Positions 21,030 through 30,815 of a DNA stretch of 64,000 nt are shown in pieces. The DNA is from an uncultured Sangeribacter sp. (GTDB taxonomy: Bacteria; Bacteroidota; Bacteroidia; Bacteroidales; Muribaculaceae). Below the pieces are notes generated by a model that was not told the origin of the DNA, made no database searches, and was given only the letters and a program-made list of their open reading frames with translations. The DNA is taken from NCBI GenBank assembly GCA_964537745.1, contig CAZIAX010000001.1, positions 11,865 through 75,864 of the forward strand, in the 5' to 3' direction. The first letter of the stretch is position 1; each line of letters opens with the position of its first letter. The position numbers and the translations under genes are program-made.

Positions 21030-21420
21030 CAATAAGGGTTGCGGCCGACATGCATCACGCATATCGGCCGCAACCACTACCTAATAACTAAACCTATAAT
21101 CAATCTTTACTAATGTATATCTTTGTGTTTTTCCAATGCCTGTTTACAATCTTAACTGAGTGTCTCTTCATTTGCAAGTCAGTGGAAGAGCATACATAAA
21201 CCTACCTATAATAAAATCAAATTAACCTATTAAAATATATCAATCATTTGCTATAATCAAATTATAACTACCGGCTTAGCCTGTGCCCCATCTGGACGAA
21301 ACCGTACGAAGACGAAGAGGGCGAAGCGGCGTCTCCAATAGGAGACTCAAGCTTCGCCAAAGTCAAATATCGACAGGAAAATCACATGGGGATACATTGT
21401 CTATGTTGGGTCAGCTTTAC
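21030..21420 (-). ncRNA. Candidate ~390-nt small regulatory RNA
   Basis: Own TAATTTTG promoter box (21426-21433), no substantial minus-strand ORF, internal hairpin at 21319-21358, repeated UAGGUU/GAUUAU motifs, closing 17-bp hairpin at 21037-21075. Confidence 0.55.
21037..21075 (-). terminator. Hairpin closing the candidate sRNA
   Basis: GGTTGCGGCCGACATGC-atcac-GCATATCGGCCGCAACC; the C/A mismatch is a U-G pair only on the minus strand; followed by CUUAUU. Confidence 0.65.
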
Positions 21421-21539
21421 GATTGCAAAATTACAAAGAATAGCTCAAACCCACATATCTCTATGTAAAAAGTGCATACCTTAGTGATACACCCGCATTC
21501 AAATTTGAATACGATGGATGCGAAATTGTAGAAAGGGCA

Positions 21540-24500
21540 TTATGCAGAGATTTCTGCATCCGCGCCAGACAGGCATTTTGCCCTATATTCCGACGGTGAA
21601 AAGCCCGTATAACGCTTGAAATGAGATGAAAAATGCGGCTGCGATGTGAATCCAATCTTGTAGGCCACCTGTGTCACTTCTATATCCGGGCGCTTCAGCA
21701 ACTCGCATGCCCTCTTCAGACGTATATTACGGATATAATCACTCGGAGTCATGCCTATGAGATCTTTCATCTTTCTATGAAGATGGGCTCGACTGACTCC
21801 AACTTCAGAGGCAAGACGCTCTACGTTTAGCTCAGGATCGTCGATGTGAGCATTGATTTCCTTCATGATTCGGTCGAGAAGCACCTCATCGTTGCCTTTC
21901 ATCTCGGGAGCATCGATTTTTCCTTCAGTCTCCTGCGCGCCGGAGAATTTCCCCTTCATACGCAGTCGGTTTTCAATCAGCGTGTCCACAAGAGCCTCCA
22001 ATTCGTCGGTATTGAAGGGCTTGGCGATGTAAGCATCCGCACCTTTCTCCCAGCCAGCCATGCGGTCTGCAACAGCCGTCTTTGAGCTGAGAAGCACGAC
22101 GGGGATGTGATTGGTCTCCGCATTTGTCTTAAGACGCCTTAAAAGAGTCAGTCCATCCATACCAGGCATCACCACATCGCTAACCACGATATCCGGCTTC
22201 CAGTCAGCAATTACCTTCAGGGCTTCTGCTCCATCAGGGACCTCCTTCACCTTATAATACTTGCCCAACAGCGACCCCACGTAGCCACGCAGCTCTGCGT
22301 CATCGTCGACAATTAGAATCTTACGGCCTGCCGTCGCGGGCGTAGCACGCGACGGCAGGTCCCCTGCAGGGGACGCGCTTGCCATCATCAGATGCACGCC
22401 AGCGGGAGCTTCTTCAATTTCTCCTTGCAACAGCTCTTCTTGAGCATATCTGCTTTCATCCAAAGGTATCAGGACGGTGAAAACACTGCCTTTCACACCA
22501 TCCTCACGATTGACGGCCGATATCTCACCGTGATGTAGCTCGACAAGACGGCGGCACAAATCAAGACCTATACCGAAACCCATTGTAGCAGGGGTATGGT
22601 TCTCCCGGACGCGATAGAATGGCTCAAAAAGCTTTGTGAGAGCCTTTGCATCAAGCCCTATACCGGTATCCGTCACACAGACGCGCATGCAACGCCCGAG
22701 TTTCTCTTCATCTACCTCTGCCAGTGAAACATCGATTTTGCCTCCTTTGGGGGTATATTTTATAGCATTAGAGATGAGGTTGACCATTATCTTATCAAAG
22801 TTGTCACGGTCAAGCCAGACGACACCAGGATGCCCGATCTCAGTAAATGTAATCTCCTGATTCTTATCTGCCGCTTGAGGCTTAAACAGACCTACAAGTT
22901 CTCCGACAAACGACGACACATCCGTCTTCCGACATGCAAGACGCATCTTGCCCTTGTCGAGCTTACGAATGTCGAGCAACTGATTCATCAGGCTCATGAC
23001 ACGCATTACGTTGCGATGCATCACATTAAGCTTACTATTGACATCCGGACCATGGTCTTCCTTCATCAGCGACTCAAGAGGGCTCACTATAAGAGTCATA
23101 AGCGACCGGATATCATGCGAGACATCCATGAAAAATTTTATCTTGTCTTCATTTATCCTCTCAGTGCGCCGCTTCTTCAAAAGCACATAGCCCAAAGTGA
23201 TAAATGCCGCAAGAATGATGATGTATAATATCTTGGCAAGAGTGCTCCAATACCAAGGCAAAGCCACTTGGATGCTTATCGACGTCAAAGGGGATACGAC
23301 ATTGTTTTCTTCAGCACAAATCTGAAGGTCATAGTTTCCTGGATCAAGATGGGGAAGATAGAGCATATTCTCACCAGGTGTAGTCTCTATCCAATCATCA
23401 TTCTTGTGAAGACGCCATTTATATCTGATATTTGACGCATCACGGAAATCCATGGTCGACATTCTCAGCGTCAGGGCATTATCCTTGTAGGGAAGATAAA
23501 GCTTCTCAGGACTCATCGGATTGCCAGAGATCATAACCCGGCTTCCGCTTTTCATGCTCGGTAGAAGCTTATGGCCGTTGAGATATATAGCCGAAACTTT
23601 CACCTCATGCTCAAATCCTGGAGCAGGCACAGAATCAGGCATAAAGGCAGTGATTCCCATATCACTACCAAGATACATGCCTTTTCTTGAAGGTGAGCAC
23701 TTGACATTATGGAATGTGGTCTCTACAAGGCCGTTGCCTCCATAATAAGAAAGTATCTTGGTATTGTCGGGCGTGAGATAAGAGAGTCCTCGCATGGTTC
23801 CTATCCATTTTCCTCCGTTATTATCACGGGAAATACTGCGGATATCATTATCACTCAACCCATCTTCTGTGGTATATTTTTTCAACACACCCTTCTCAGG
23901 GTCAAGATGAATCAAGCCATGACTCGTGCCTACCCATACGGAGTTGTCGGTAAGACAAGGCACTATCTCAAAAGTAGCTCCTTTAAGGAACGGCTCTTGA
24001 TCTATCTTTAACAATTTGTCAGTCTTGAGATCATAGCAAGCAATACCACTGAATAGGCCTATCCAGACTTTACCATCCGGTGTACGGCTCAATCTGGTGA
24101 TGTAAGGATTTGTCAGTTCATTTCCATCAGGATCATACGGAATCCATTTCTTATCTCCAGTAGCAATATCATATCTCATTAATCCTATTCCATTTACACC
24201 TACAAACAATTCCCCGGGATTTCCAGTAGCCGAGACTATTGATGTAAACTTTCCAGGGACATCAAGAAACTTCCTAAGGCCACCGGAAGGCAACGACAAT
24301 TCCCAAAGTCCATCGTCAGCTACCCCTACAAGAGCCTTGTCACCTTCTATGATTTGAATATCAGTGATATTGCCACCACCTGGAATTGAGGCTGACATGA
24401 GGACTTTTCCTCCGGAACCAAACATTGCCACACGCCCTTTGTCAAGAGCAACCACGGAATGTCCGTTCCATTCTGCCAACGCCCCGGAGCCGCCCCCGAA

Positions 24501-25532
24501 ATCTGAGAAGGAGTCGGAGTACTTCCTATATAAGAAATGTATATGTCGTCCGGGAAAGAGCATGACTCCTTTATAATTACATCCAACCCAGAAGTCACCG
24601 TTAGGAGATGTGTAAGCAGCCCCTATTTTCGCATGGTCAATATTCATGAATGCGCAATAGAGATCAGTAGACTGGCGTACGATGTCTGATTTTGTGGCAA
24701 CTTCCCATAATCCCTCTCCCGCTGTAGCGACAGAAACTTTGCCCCGAGCAGAATTGGACAGGTTGAGTATAGAGATATTCCCTTCAATATTGAGCTTTGA
24801 AACTTCTCCAGTCTTGCTGTCGATTCTATATACCTCATCGAGAGTGCAGGCAATCACATTGTCATCTTCCTCTAATGCCAGAGCCTGGATATAGGCGCCA
24901 TCGCTGACGCGCAAGGTCGTAATCTTTCCATTGGGGGCCATGCAAAAGATACTGCCGTCGCGCGATCCCAAATATATCTTTCCATTGCGACAGCACGCAA
25001 TGGAGTTATACTCCTTTTCCTTTACTCCACCTTGGAACATCATCACGGCCACTGGACTTCCAGAGGAATCATCTACAACATAGAATCCTACTCCGGAGAC
25101 GACAAACGACACTGTGCCATCTTTCTGCTCCGCAAGCCCTATTATGTACCCATAAAGGTCTTTTGATGGCAGTTGCATCACTTGGAAGGAGTCACTTTCC
25201 GGCAGATAAAGATTAAGTCCATTGGCAGTGCCTGCCCAAATACGCCCTTTCGAATCGCACAAGACATTAAGAATGCGGCTATCAGAAATTGACCCGGCAT
25301 CTGCATCATCATGGCGATAGAGATCATAGCTATTCCCGTCAAATCTTATTAGACCACGGTTGGATGCTATCCAAACGAAGCCATCCTTATCTTGGCAGAA
25401 ACCTTTGTATTCGCCTGCCACAACAACAGGATTATCAAAAAGTCGCCCTGTACGCGACCGCGCACCATTCGCATATAGGGATGGCAAGAGTGTCAACACT
25501 ACTATAGTGACAGTGAGTAGGAAGTGTCTCAT
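21540..25532 (-). CDS. Hybrid two-component system regulator (beta-propeller/Y_Y_Y sensor, His kinase, receiver, AraC HTH)
   Basis: SHDIRS H-box, NLISNAIKY, DTGIG, GFGIGL, ILIVDDD...DVVMP, AraC C-terminus. Start placed at MRHFLL (25532) because a TATATTTG box at 25596-25603 overlaps the longer ORF start. Confidence 0.93.
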   Translation of the reverse strand: MRHFLLTVTIVVLTLLPSLYANGARSRTGRLFDNPVVVAGEYKGFCQDKDGFVWIASNRGLIRFDGNSYDLYRHDDADAGSISDSRILNVLCDSKGRIWAGTANGLNLYLPESDSFQVMQLPSKDLYGYIIGLAEQKDGTVSFVVSGVGFYVVDDSSGSPVAVMMFQGGVKEKEYNSIACCRNGKIYLGSRDGSIFCMAPNGKITTLRVSDGAYIQALALEEDDNVIACTLDEVYRIDSKTGEVSKLNIEGNISILNLSNSARGKVSVATAGEGLWEVATKSDIVRQSTDLYCAFMNIDHAKIGAAYTSPNGDFWVGCNYKGVMLFPGRHIHFLYRKYSDSFSDFGGGSGALAEWNGHSVVALDKGRVAMFGSGGKVLMSASIPGGGNITDIQIIEGDKALVGVADDGLWELSLPSGGLRKFLDVPGKFTSIVSATGNPGELFVGVNGIGLMRYDIATGDKKWIPYDPDGNELTNPYITRLSRTPDGKVWIGLFSGIACYDLKTDKLLKIDQEPFLKGATFEIVPCLTDNSVWVGTSHGLIHLDPEKGVLKKYTTEDGLSDNDIRSISRDNNGGKWIGTMRGLSYLTPDNTKILSYYGGNGLVETTFHNVKCSPSRKGMYLGSDMGITAFMPDSVPAPGFEHEVKVSAIYLNGHKLLPSMKSGSRVMISGNPMSPEKLYLPYKDNALTLRMSTMDFRDASNIRYKWRLHKNDDWIETTPGENMLYLPHLDPGNYDLQICAEENNVVSPLTSISIQVALPWYWSTLAKILYIIILAAFITLGYVLLKKRRTERINEDKIKFFMDVSHDIRSLMTLIVSPLESLMKEDHGPDVNSKLNVMHRNVMRVMSLMNQLLDIRKLDKGKMRLACRKTDVSSFVGELVGLFKPQAADKNQEITFTEIGHPGVVWLDRDNFDKIMVNLISNAIKYTPKGGKIDVSLAEVDEEKLGRCMRVCVTDTGIGLDAKALTKLFEPFYRVRENHTPATMGFGIGLDLCRRLVELHHGEISAVNREDGVKGSVFTVLIPLDESRYAQEELLQGEIEEAPAGVHLMMASASPAGDLPSRATPATAGRKILIVDDDAELRGYVGSLLGKYYKVKEVPDGAEALKVIADWKPDIVVSDVVMPGMDGLTLLRRLKTNAETNHIPVVLLSSKTAVADRMAGWEKGADAYIAKPFNTDELEALVDTLIENRLRMKGKFSGAQETEGKIDAPEMKGNDEVLLDRIMKEINAHIDDPELNVERLASEVGVSRAHLHRKMKDLIGMTPSDYIRNIRLKRACELLKRPDIEVTQVAYKIGFTSQPHFSSHFKRYTGFSPSEYRAKCLSGADAEISA

Positions 25533-25595
25533 GAAATATTCACAAAATATGATGTTCCTTACGGAGAGGTTAGTTTCTGATGTTGATTTCGACTG

Positions 25596-25759
25596 CAAAT
25601 ATATATAAAATTGTCCAATTAACCCACAAATCAGATTAAAATTCGTAACATTTTACGAATTTTAATCCCAAAATCAAGAAAAAACCGGTTCAGTACACCT
25701 ATTCCAACATGTTTGTAACATATTCAGTAAGTAACATATGAAGATTTTTCATAATTTTG
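25596..25759. promoter_or_regulatory. Divergent promoters for the HTCS (-) and GH115 (+) with GTAACA boxes
   Basis: TATATTTG (-) at 25596-25603; TAATTTTG (+) at 25752-25759; GTAACA at 25645, 25715 and 25731. Confidence 0.6.
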
Positions 25760-25783
25760 CGACCATAAACAAATAATAATATC

Positions 25784-28375
25784 ATGAAAAACTGTCAATC
25801 TATTTTTATAACTATTCTGAGTGGCATAGCCCTGCTCGCTCCATTCACTATGTCGGCTCTCGACAATCCGGGAATCGTCAGTGATACTCCTAAAGAGGGA
25901 TATCTCCCTCTTATATCTATTAAGGAAGGCTCTTCCAATCCTATTGCTATCTTTATAGCAGAAAAAGATCTTCAAGGAATAGAAATAGCGGCCAAAAATC
26001 TTTCTGACGACTTTAGAAAAGTGTGTGGCACTCCCGCTTCTTTGACCAAGACTGACAAAATATCTCCAGAAATTGCTACATGTTCATGCATTGTTGTGGC
26101 AGGCTCGATTGAGAGTCCTCTTATAAAGCAACTTTTGAAGAACAAGAAGCTAAACGAGAAGGAACTCAAGGGTAAGTATGAGAAGTATGTCATGGCGACT
26201 GTAGATGACCCCTTCCCTGGAGTAGAGAAAGCTCTCGTAATCGCAGGAAGCGACCGAAGGGGCACTATTTATGGCATCTATGAGCTTTCAGAACAAATAG
26301 GAGTCTCTCCCTGGTATGATTGGGCTGACGTGCCACCTCTAAAACACAAAGAGCTTTACATAGAAGAAGGCTCTTACACAGCTGGAGAACCTGCTGTGAA
26401 ATACCGTGGCATTTTTCTTAACGATGAGGCTCCTTGCCTGACAAGTTGGGTAAAGAACACTTACGGCACTGACTATGGCGACCATCGTTTCTACGCCCGC
26501 GTATTCGAGCTTCTGCTTCGACTCAGAGCAAATTTCATGTGGCCGGCTATGTGGGCTTGGGCTTTCTACGCTGATGACCCTGAAAACCTTAAGACAGCAG
26601 ACGAGATGGGAATCATCATGGGCACGTCTCACCATGAGCCCATGGCACGCAACCATCAGGAATGGGCACGTCACCGCAAAGACTATGGAGCATGGAACTA
26701 TGCATCAAATCAAGAGACCATTGATGGTTTCTTTACCGAGGGCATCCAAAGGATGAAAGGGACTGAGGATGTCGTTACAATCGGAATGCGTGGTGATGGC
26801 GACGAGGCCATGAGTGAGGAAGCGGACGTCGCTCTCCTTAAGAAAGTAATCGATAACCAAAGGAAAATCATCGCAAAGGAGACCGGCAAGAAGGCTAAGG
26901 AGACTCCTCAAGTATGGGCTCTCTATAAAGAGGTGCTTGATTATTATGATGCCGGCCTGCGTGCTCCCGACGACGTCATTTATCTGCTCTGCGATGACAA
27001 CTGGGGTAATGTGCGCCGCTTACCCAATGCCGAGGAAAGAAAACATCCAGGCGGCTGGGGTATGTATTACCATGTAGACTACGTAGGAGCTCCCCGCAAC
27101 AGCAAGCTGCTGAATTGCACCCCGATACAGAATATGTGGGAGCAACTCGAACTCACTTATGACTATGGAGTCGACAAGCTTTGGATACTCAACGTAGGCG
27201 ATCTCAAACCTATGGAATATCCCATCACCCTTTTCCTTGACATGGCTTGGAATCCAAAGCAATTCACTGCTGAAAATCTTCTCGGTCATACACTCCGCTT
27301 CTTCGAGCAGCAGTTAGGCCCCGACCAAGCTAAGGAAGCAACGCGAATCTTCAATCTCCTCTGCAAATACAATGGCCGCGTGACTCCTGAGATGCTCGAC
27401 CGCAACACATATAACCTTCAGACAGGTGAATGGAAGGAGGTAGCAGACAACTATATGCGTCTTGAGGCTGAGGCTTTGCGCCAATTCCTTACTCTTAGAC
27501 CTGAACAATGCGATGCCTACAATGAGCTGATTCTGTTCCCTCTTCAGATTATGAGCAACCTTTACCAAATGTATTATGCCCAGGCTATGAACCAAAGCGC
27601 CTACAATAACGGTCTGCCAGAAGCCAACGATTGGGCTGCGGAAGTGAAACGCTGCTTCGACCGCGATGCCGAACTTATGAAAAGCTACAACAAGGAGATA
27701 GCAGGAGGCAAATGGGACGGCATGATGACACAGAAGCACATTGGCTACACAAGCTGGAATGATGCATTCCCGGCTGAAATACTACCTGAAACTTTCACTC
27801 TCGACACTCAAGCAGCCACCGACGGAGGATATGTATTCCTGCCAACCAATGAGGCTATAGTCATTGAGGCTGAACACTTCAACAATGCAGTAAATGCTCT
27901 CAGCGGTGCCAAATGGGAGATACTGCCTTACGTCGGCCGCACACTCAGCGGAGTTGCGGTTCGCCCTTATACCGAGAGCCCTGAAGGAGCAACGCTCAAA
28001 TATGCAGTCACTATACCAGAAGGTGTAGACAGTGTCATGGTGCATGTAGTCACCAAATCCACACTTGCGTTCCAGCGGAAAGATGGCCATCGCTATACCG
28101 TGGGTTTTGAGGGAGCAGAACCTGTGGAAGTCAACTTCAACGCAAACCTCAACGAGGAGCCGCAGAATATCTACAGTGTATTCTACCCTACCGTAGCCCG
28201 TAGGATTGTAGAAAAATCAGTTCCTGTCAAAACGGCAAAGGCCGGAGAAACGATTCTCGAAATTTCCCCTCTTGACCCGGGAATCGTGTTTGAGAAGATT
28301 GTCATCGACCTTGGTGGGTACTCTCCTTCCTATCTTTTCGGGAAAGAATCACAAAATAGGAGGAAAATTTATTAA
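25784..28375 (+). CDS. GH115 alpha-(4-O-methyl)-glucuronidase
   Basis: GSDRRGTIYGIYELSEQIGVSPWYDW, YRGIFLNDE, SHHEPM, CDDNWG, GMYYHVDYVG, NVGDLKPME. Confidence 0.93.
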   Translation: MKNCQSIFITILSGIALLAPFTMSALDNPGIVSDTPKEGYLPLISIKEGSSNPIAIFIAEKDLQGIEIAAKNLSDDFRKVCGTPASLTKTDKISPEIATCSCIVVAGSIESPLIKQLLKNKKLNEKELKGKYEKYVMATVDDPFPGVEKALVIAGSDRRGTIYGIYELSEQIGVSPWYDWADVPPLKHKELYIEEGSYTAGEPAVKYRGIFLNDEAPCLTSWVKNTYGTDYGDHRFYARVFELLLRLRANFMWPAMWAWAFYADDPENLKTADEMGIIMGTSHHEPMARNHQEWARHRKDYGAWNYASNQETIDGFFTEGIQRMKGTEDVVTIGMRGDGDEAMSEEADVALLKKVIDNQRKIIAKETGKKAKETPQVWALYKEVLDYYDAGLRAPDDVIYLLCDDNWGNVRRLPNAEERKHPGGWGMYYHVDYVGAPRNSKLLNCTPIQNMWEQLELTYDYGVDKLWILNVGDLKPMEYPITLFLDMAWNPKQFTAENLLGHTLRFFEQQLGPDQAKEATRIFNLLCKYNGRVTPEMLDRNTYNLQTGEWKEVADNYMRLEAEALRQFLTLRPEQCDAYNELILFPLQIMSNLYQMYYAQAMNQSAYNNGLPEANDWAAEVKRCFDRDAELMKSYNKEIAGGKWDGMMTQKHIGYTSWNDAFPAEILPETFTLDTQAATDGGYVFLPTNEAIVIEAEHFNNAVNALSGAKWEILPYVGRTLSGVAVRPYTESPEGATLKYAVTIPEGVDSVMVHVVTKSTLAFQRKDGHRYTVGFEGAEPVEVNFNANLNEEPQNIYSVFYPTVARRIVEKSVPVKTAKAGETILEISPLDPGIVFEKIVIDLGGYSPSYLFGKESQNRRKIY

Positions 28376-28474
28376 AAATACGCGATAAAACGATTTCCGT
28401 TGCTGTGGTTTCGTGATTTTTGCTTATATTTGCAAGAAATTTTATTCCTGCTAACCCCAAGACATCGAAACTAC

Positions 28475-30793
28475 ATGATAAAACTCACGAAATTATTCGC
28501 TCTATTGCTCACTTTCCTTGCCACGATGCCTGTAGCTTTCGCAAGCAAAAACGATGATGCTCAGAAAGTAAGGGATATAATCAAGAAAGTCAACGACCAT
28601 TGGCAGAAGACCAATCCGGCCCAAGCCACGCCATTCTGGCACGTGGCGGCATACCATACGGGCAATATGGAAGCCTACAAGCTCACAGGAAATCCCGATT
28701 GGCTCAAATATTCCGAAGATTGGGCAGAGCACAATGAGTGGAAAGGAGCTAAAGGCAACGATAAAAGCAAATGGAAATATGCCAGCTATGGCGAGTCGCA
28801 AGATCATGTTCTCTTCGGCGACTGGCAGATATGCTTCCAGACATATGCCGACCTCTACAATATCCTTCCAGACGACAAGCGCCTGCGCCGTGCCCGCGAA
28901 GTGATGGAGTATCAGATGTCCACTCCGCAGGATGACTACTGGTGGTGGGCCGACGGCCTCTATATGGTGATGCCCGTCATGACCAAATTATATAATGCCA
29001 CAGGCAATCAGAAATATCTCGACAAGCTCTACGACTACTTCGTGTATGCCGACAGCATCATGTATGACAATGATGAGCATCTCTACTACAGGGACGCAAA
29101 ATACGTCTATCCAAAGCATGAGAGTGCCAACGGCAAGAAAGATTTCTGGGCGCGTGGCGACGGATGGGTGCTTGCAGGATTGGCCAAGGTGCTTCAAGAC
29201 CTTCCGAAAGATTATGCTCACCGTGATATTTTTGAACGCCGTTACCATGAGTTGGCCGACGCAGTGGTAGCCAGTCAGCAACCCGGCGGCTATTGGAGCC
29301 GTTCGATGCTCGACGAGGCGCATGCGCCCGGTCCGGAGACGAGCGGCACAGCATTCTTCACTTATGGTCTACTATGGGGCATCAACAACGGATACCTGAC
29401 CGACCAAAAATACCTTGATGCAGCTCTCAAAGGCTGGGACTATCTGAGCAAGACCGCTCTCCAGAAAGATGGACGTGTAGGATACGTTCAACCTATCGGC
29501 GAGAAAGCCATACCGGGACAGGTGGTAGATAAAAACTCAACTTCCGATTTCGGCACAGGTGCTTTCCTTTTAGCAGCCTGCGAGTATGTGAAGCATCTGG
29601 AGAAAGACACCAATCCCGACCGTAAATACTGGACCGACCTTGCCTACAGCATAGCATATCCTGTGCTCAGCAATATGGCCGACGGAAAACTTCAGGAGAA
29701 TATGATAGTGGAAGTGAGCCCAAATTGGGACGGAAGAAACAAGAAAGTGACCTATATGGAGACTTTCGGACGCCTTATGGCTGGAATTGCACCGTGGCTA
29801 TCGCTCCCCGACGACGAAACTGATGAAGGGAAAATGAGAAGGGAACTCCGAGAAATGGCACTTAAAAGCTATGCCAACGCAGTAGACCCGAACTCACCCG
29901 ACTGCCTCCTTTGGCAGGGAGAAGGGCAGATTATGGTCGATGCTGCCTATATAGCTGAGAGTTTCATACGTGCCTACGACGCTCTTTGGATGCCGCTCGA
30001 CGACAAGACAAAAGAGAGATATCTTGAAAACTTCAGAAATATCCGCAAGATAGACCCGCCTTACACAAATTGGCTTCTTTTCTCTTCCATCCTTGAAAGT
30101 TTCTTGGCTAAAGCCGGAGGCGATCATGATGACTATCGCGTGAACTCAGCAATCAGGAAGATGGAAGAATGGTATGCTGGCGATGGCTGGTATGCAGATG
30201 GACCTGACTTTGCTTTCGACTACTACAGCAGCTACGTATTCCATCCTATGTATCTCGAGACGCTTCAGAATATGATCGATGCCAAGAGACGCACCAGGAT
30301 TCACTATCCAAAATACTACGACCGAGCATTGAAACGCGCTCAGAAATACAGCATCGTGCTCGAACGAATGATTTCACCGGAGGGAACATTCCCAGTATTC
30401 GGACGTTCGATTCCCTATCGTATGGCCACAATGCAACCATTGGCTCTAATGGCATGGTATGATAAATTGCCTGCCGGACTTACAGAAGGACAAGTGCGCA
30501 ATGCCTTGACATCGGTGATGCATTCGATGTTTGATGGGAAGGAGAACTTCAATGAGGGCGGATTCCTTACAATCGGATTTGCAGGCCGCCAACCAAATAT
30601 TGCTGATTGGTATACTAACAACGGCAGCCTCTACATGACCTCCCTCTCATTCCTGCCGCTTGGATTGCCTGCCTCTCATCCATTCTGGACCGACGCTCCG
30701 CTTCCCACTACCAACCAAAAGGCATGGAACGGACTCCCCTTCCCTAAAGACCACCGATGGGACGACGGAACTAAAATCAAAGACCTTTATTAA
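28475..30793 (+). CDS. GH105/GH88-like domain fused to a DUF2264 (GH154-like) domain
   Basis: N-half WWWADGLYM, FWARGDGW, ETSGTAFF; C-half TYMETFGRL, YTNWLLF, GDGWYADG, GRSIPYR, YTNNGSLY. Start at MIKL, downstream of TATATTTG (28425-28432). Confidence 0.82.
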   Translation: MIKLTKLFALLLTFLATMPVAFASKNDDAQKVRDIIKKVNDHWQKTNPAQATPFWHVAAYHTGNMEAYKLTGNPDWLKYSEDWAEHNEWKGAKGNDKSKWKYASYGESQDHVLFGDWQICFQTYADLYNILPDDKRLRRAREVMEYQMSTPQDDYWWWADGLYMVMPVMTKLYNATGNQKYLDKLYDYFVYADSIMYDNDEHLYYRDAKYVYPKHESANGKKDFWARGDGWVLAGLAKVLQDLPKDYAHRDIFERRYHELADAVVASQQPGGYWSRSMLDEAHAPGPETSGTAFFTYGLLWGINNGYLTDQKYLDAALKGWDYLSKTALQKDGRVGYVQPIGEKAIPGQVVDKNSTSDFGTGAFLLAACEYVKHLEKDTNPDRKYWTDLAYSIAYPVLSNMADGKLQENMIVEVSPNWDGRNKKVTYMETFGRLMAGIAPWLSLPDDETDEGKMRRELREMALKSYANAVDPNSPDCLLWQGEGQIMVDAAYIAESFIRAYDALWMPLDDKTKERYLENFRNIRKIDPPYTNWLLFSSILESFLAKAGGDHDDYRVNSAIRKMEEWYAGDGWYADGPDFAFDYYSSYVFHPMYLETLQNMIDAKRRTRIHYPKYYDRALKRAQKYSIVLERMISPEGTFPVFGRSIPYRMATMQPLALMAWYDKLPAGLTEGQVRNALTSVMHSMFDGKENFNEGGFLTIGFAGRQPNIADWYTNNGSLYMTSLSFLPLGLPASHPFWTDAPLPTTNQKAWNGLPFPKDHRWDDGTKIKDLY

Positions 30794-30815
30794 TTACCTA
30801 AAAACACAATAATCA

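Noticed and set aside
20786-21468. Plus-strand ORFs 20786-21091 and 21283-21468
   Set aside because: Alternative start codons, no protein-like features; they run across promoter boxes and hairpins whose polarity favours the minus strand
25533-25598. N-terminal extensions given by the ORF track (also 28400-28474 and 34478-34570)
   Set aside because: They overlap TAnnTTTG promoter boxes; downstream ATGs give proper signal peptides
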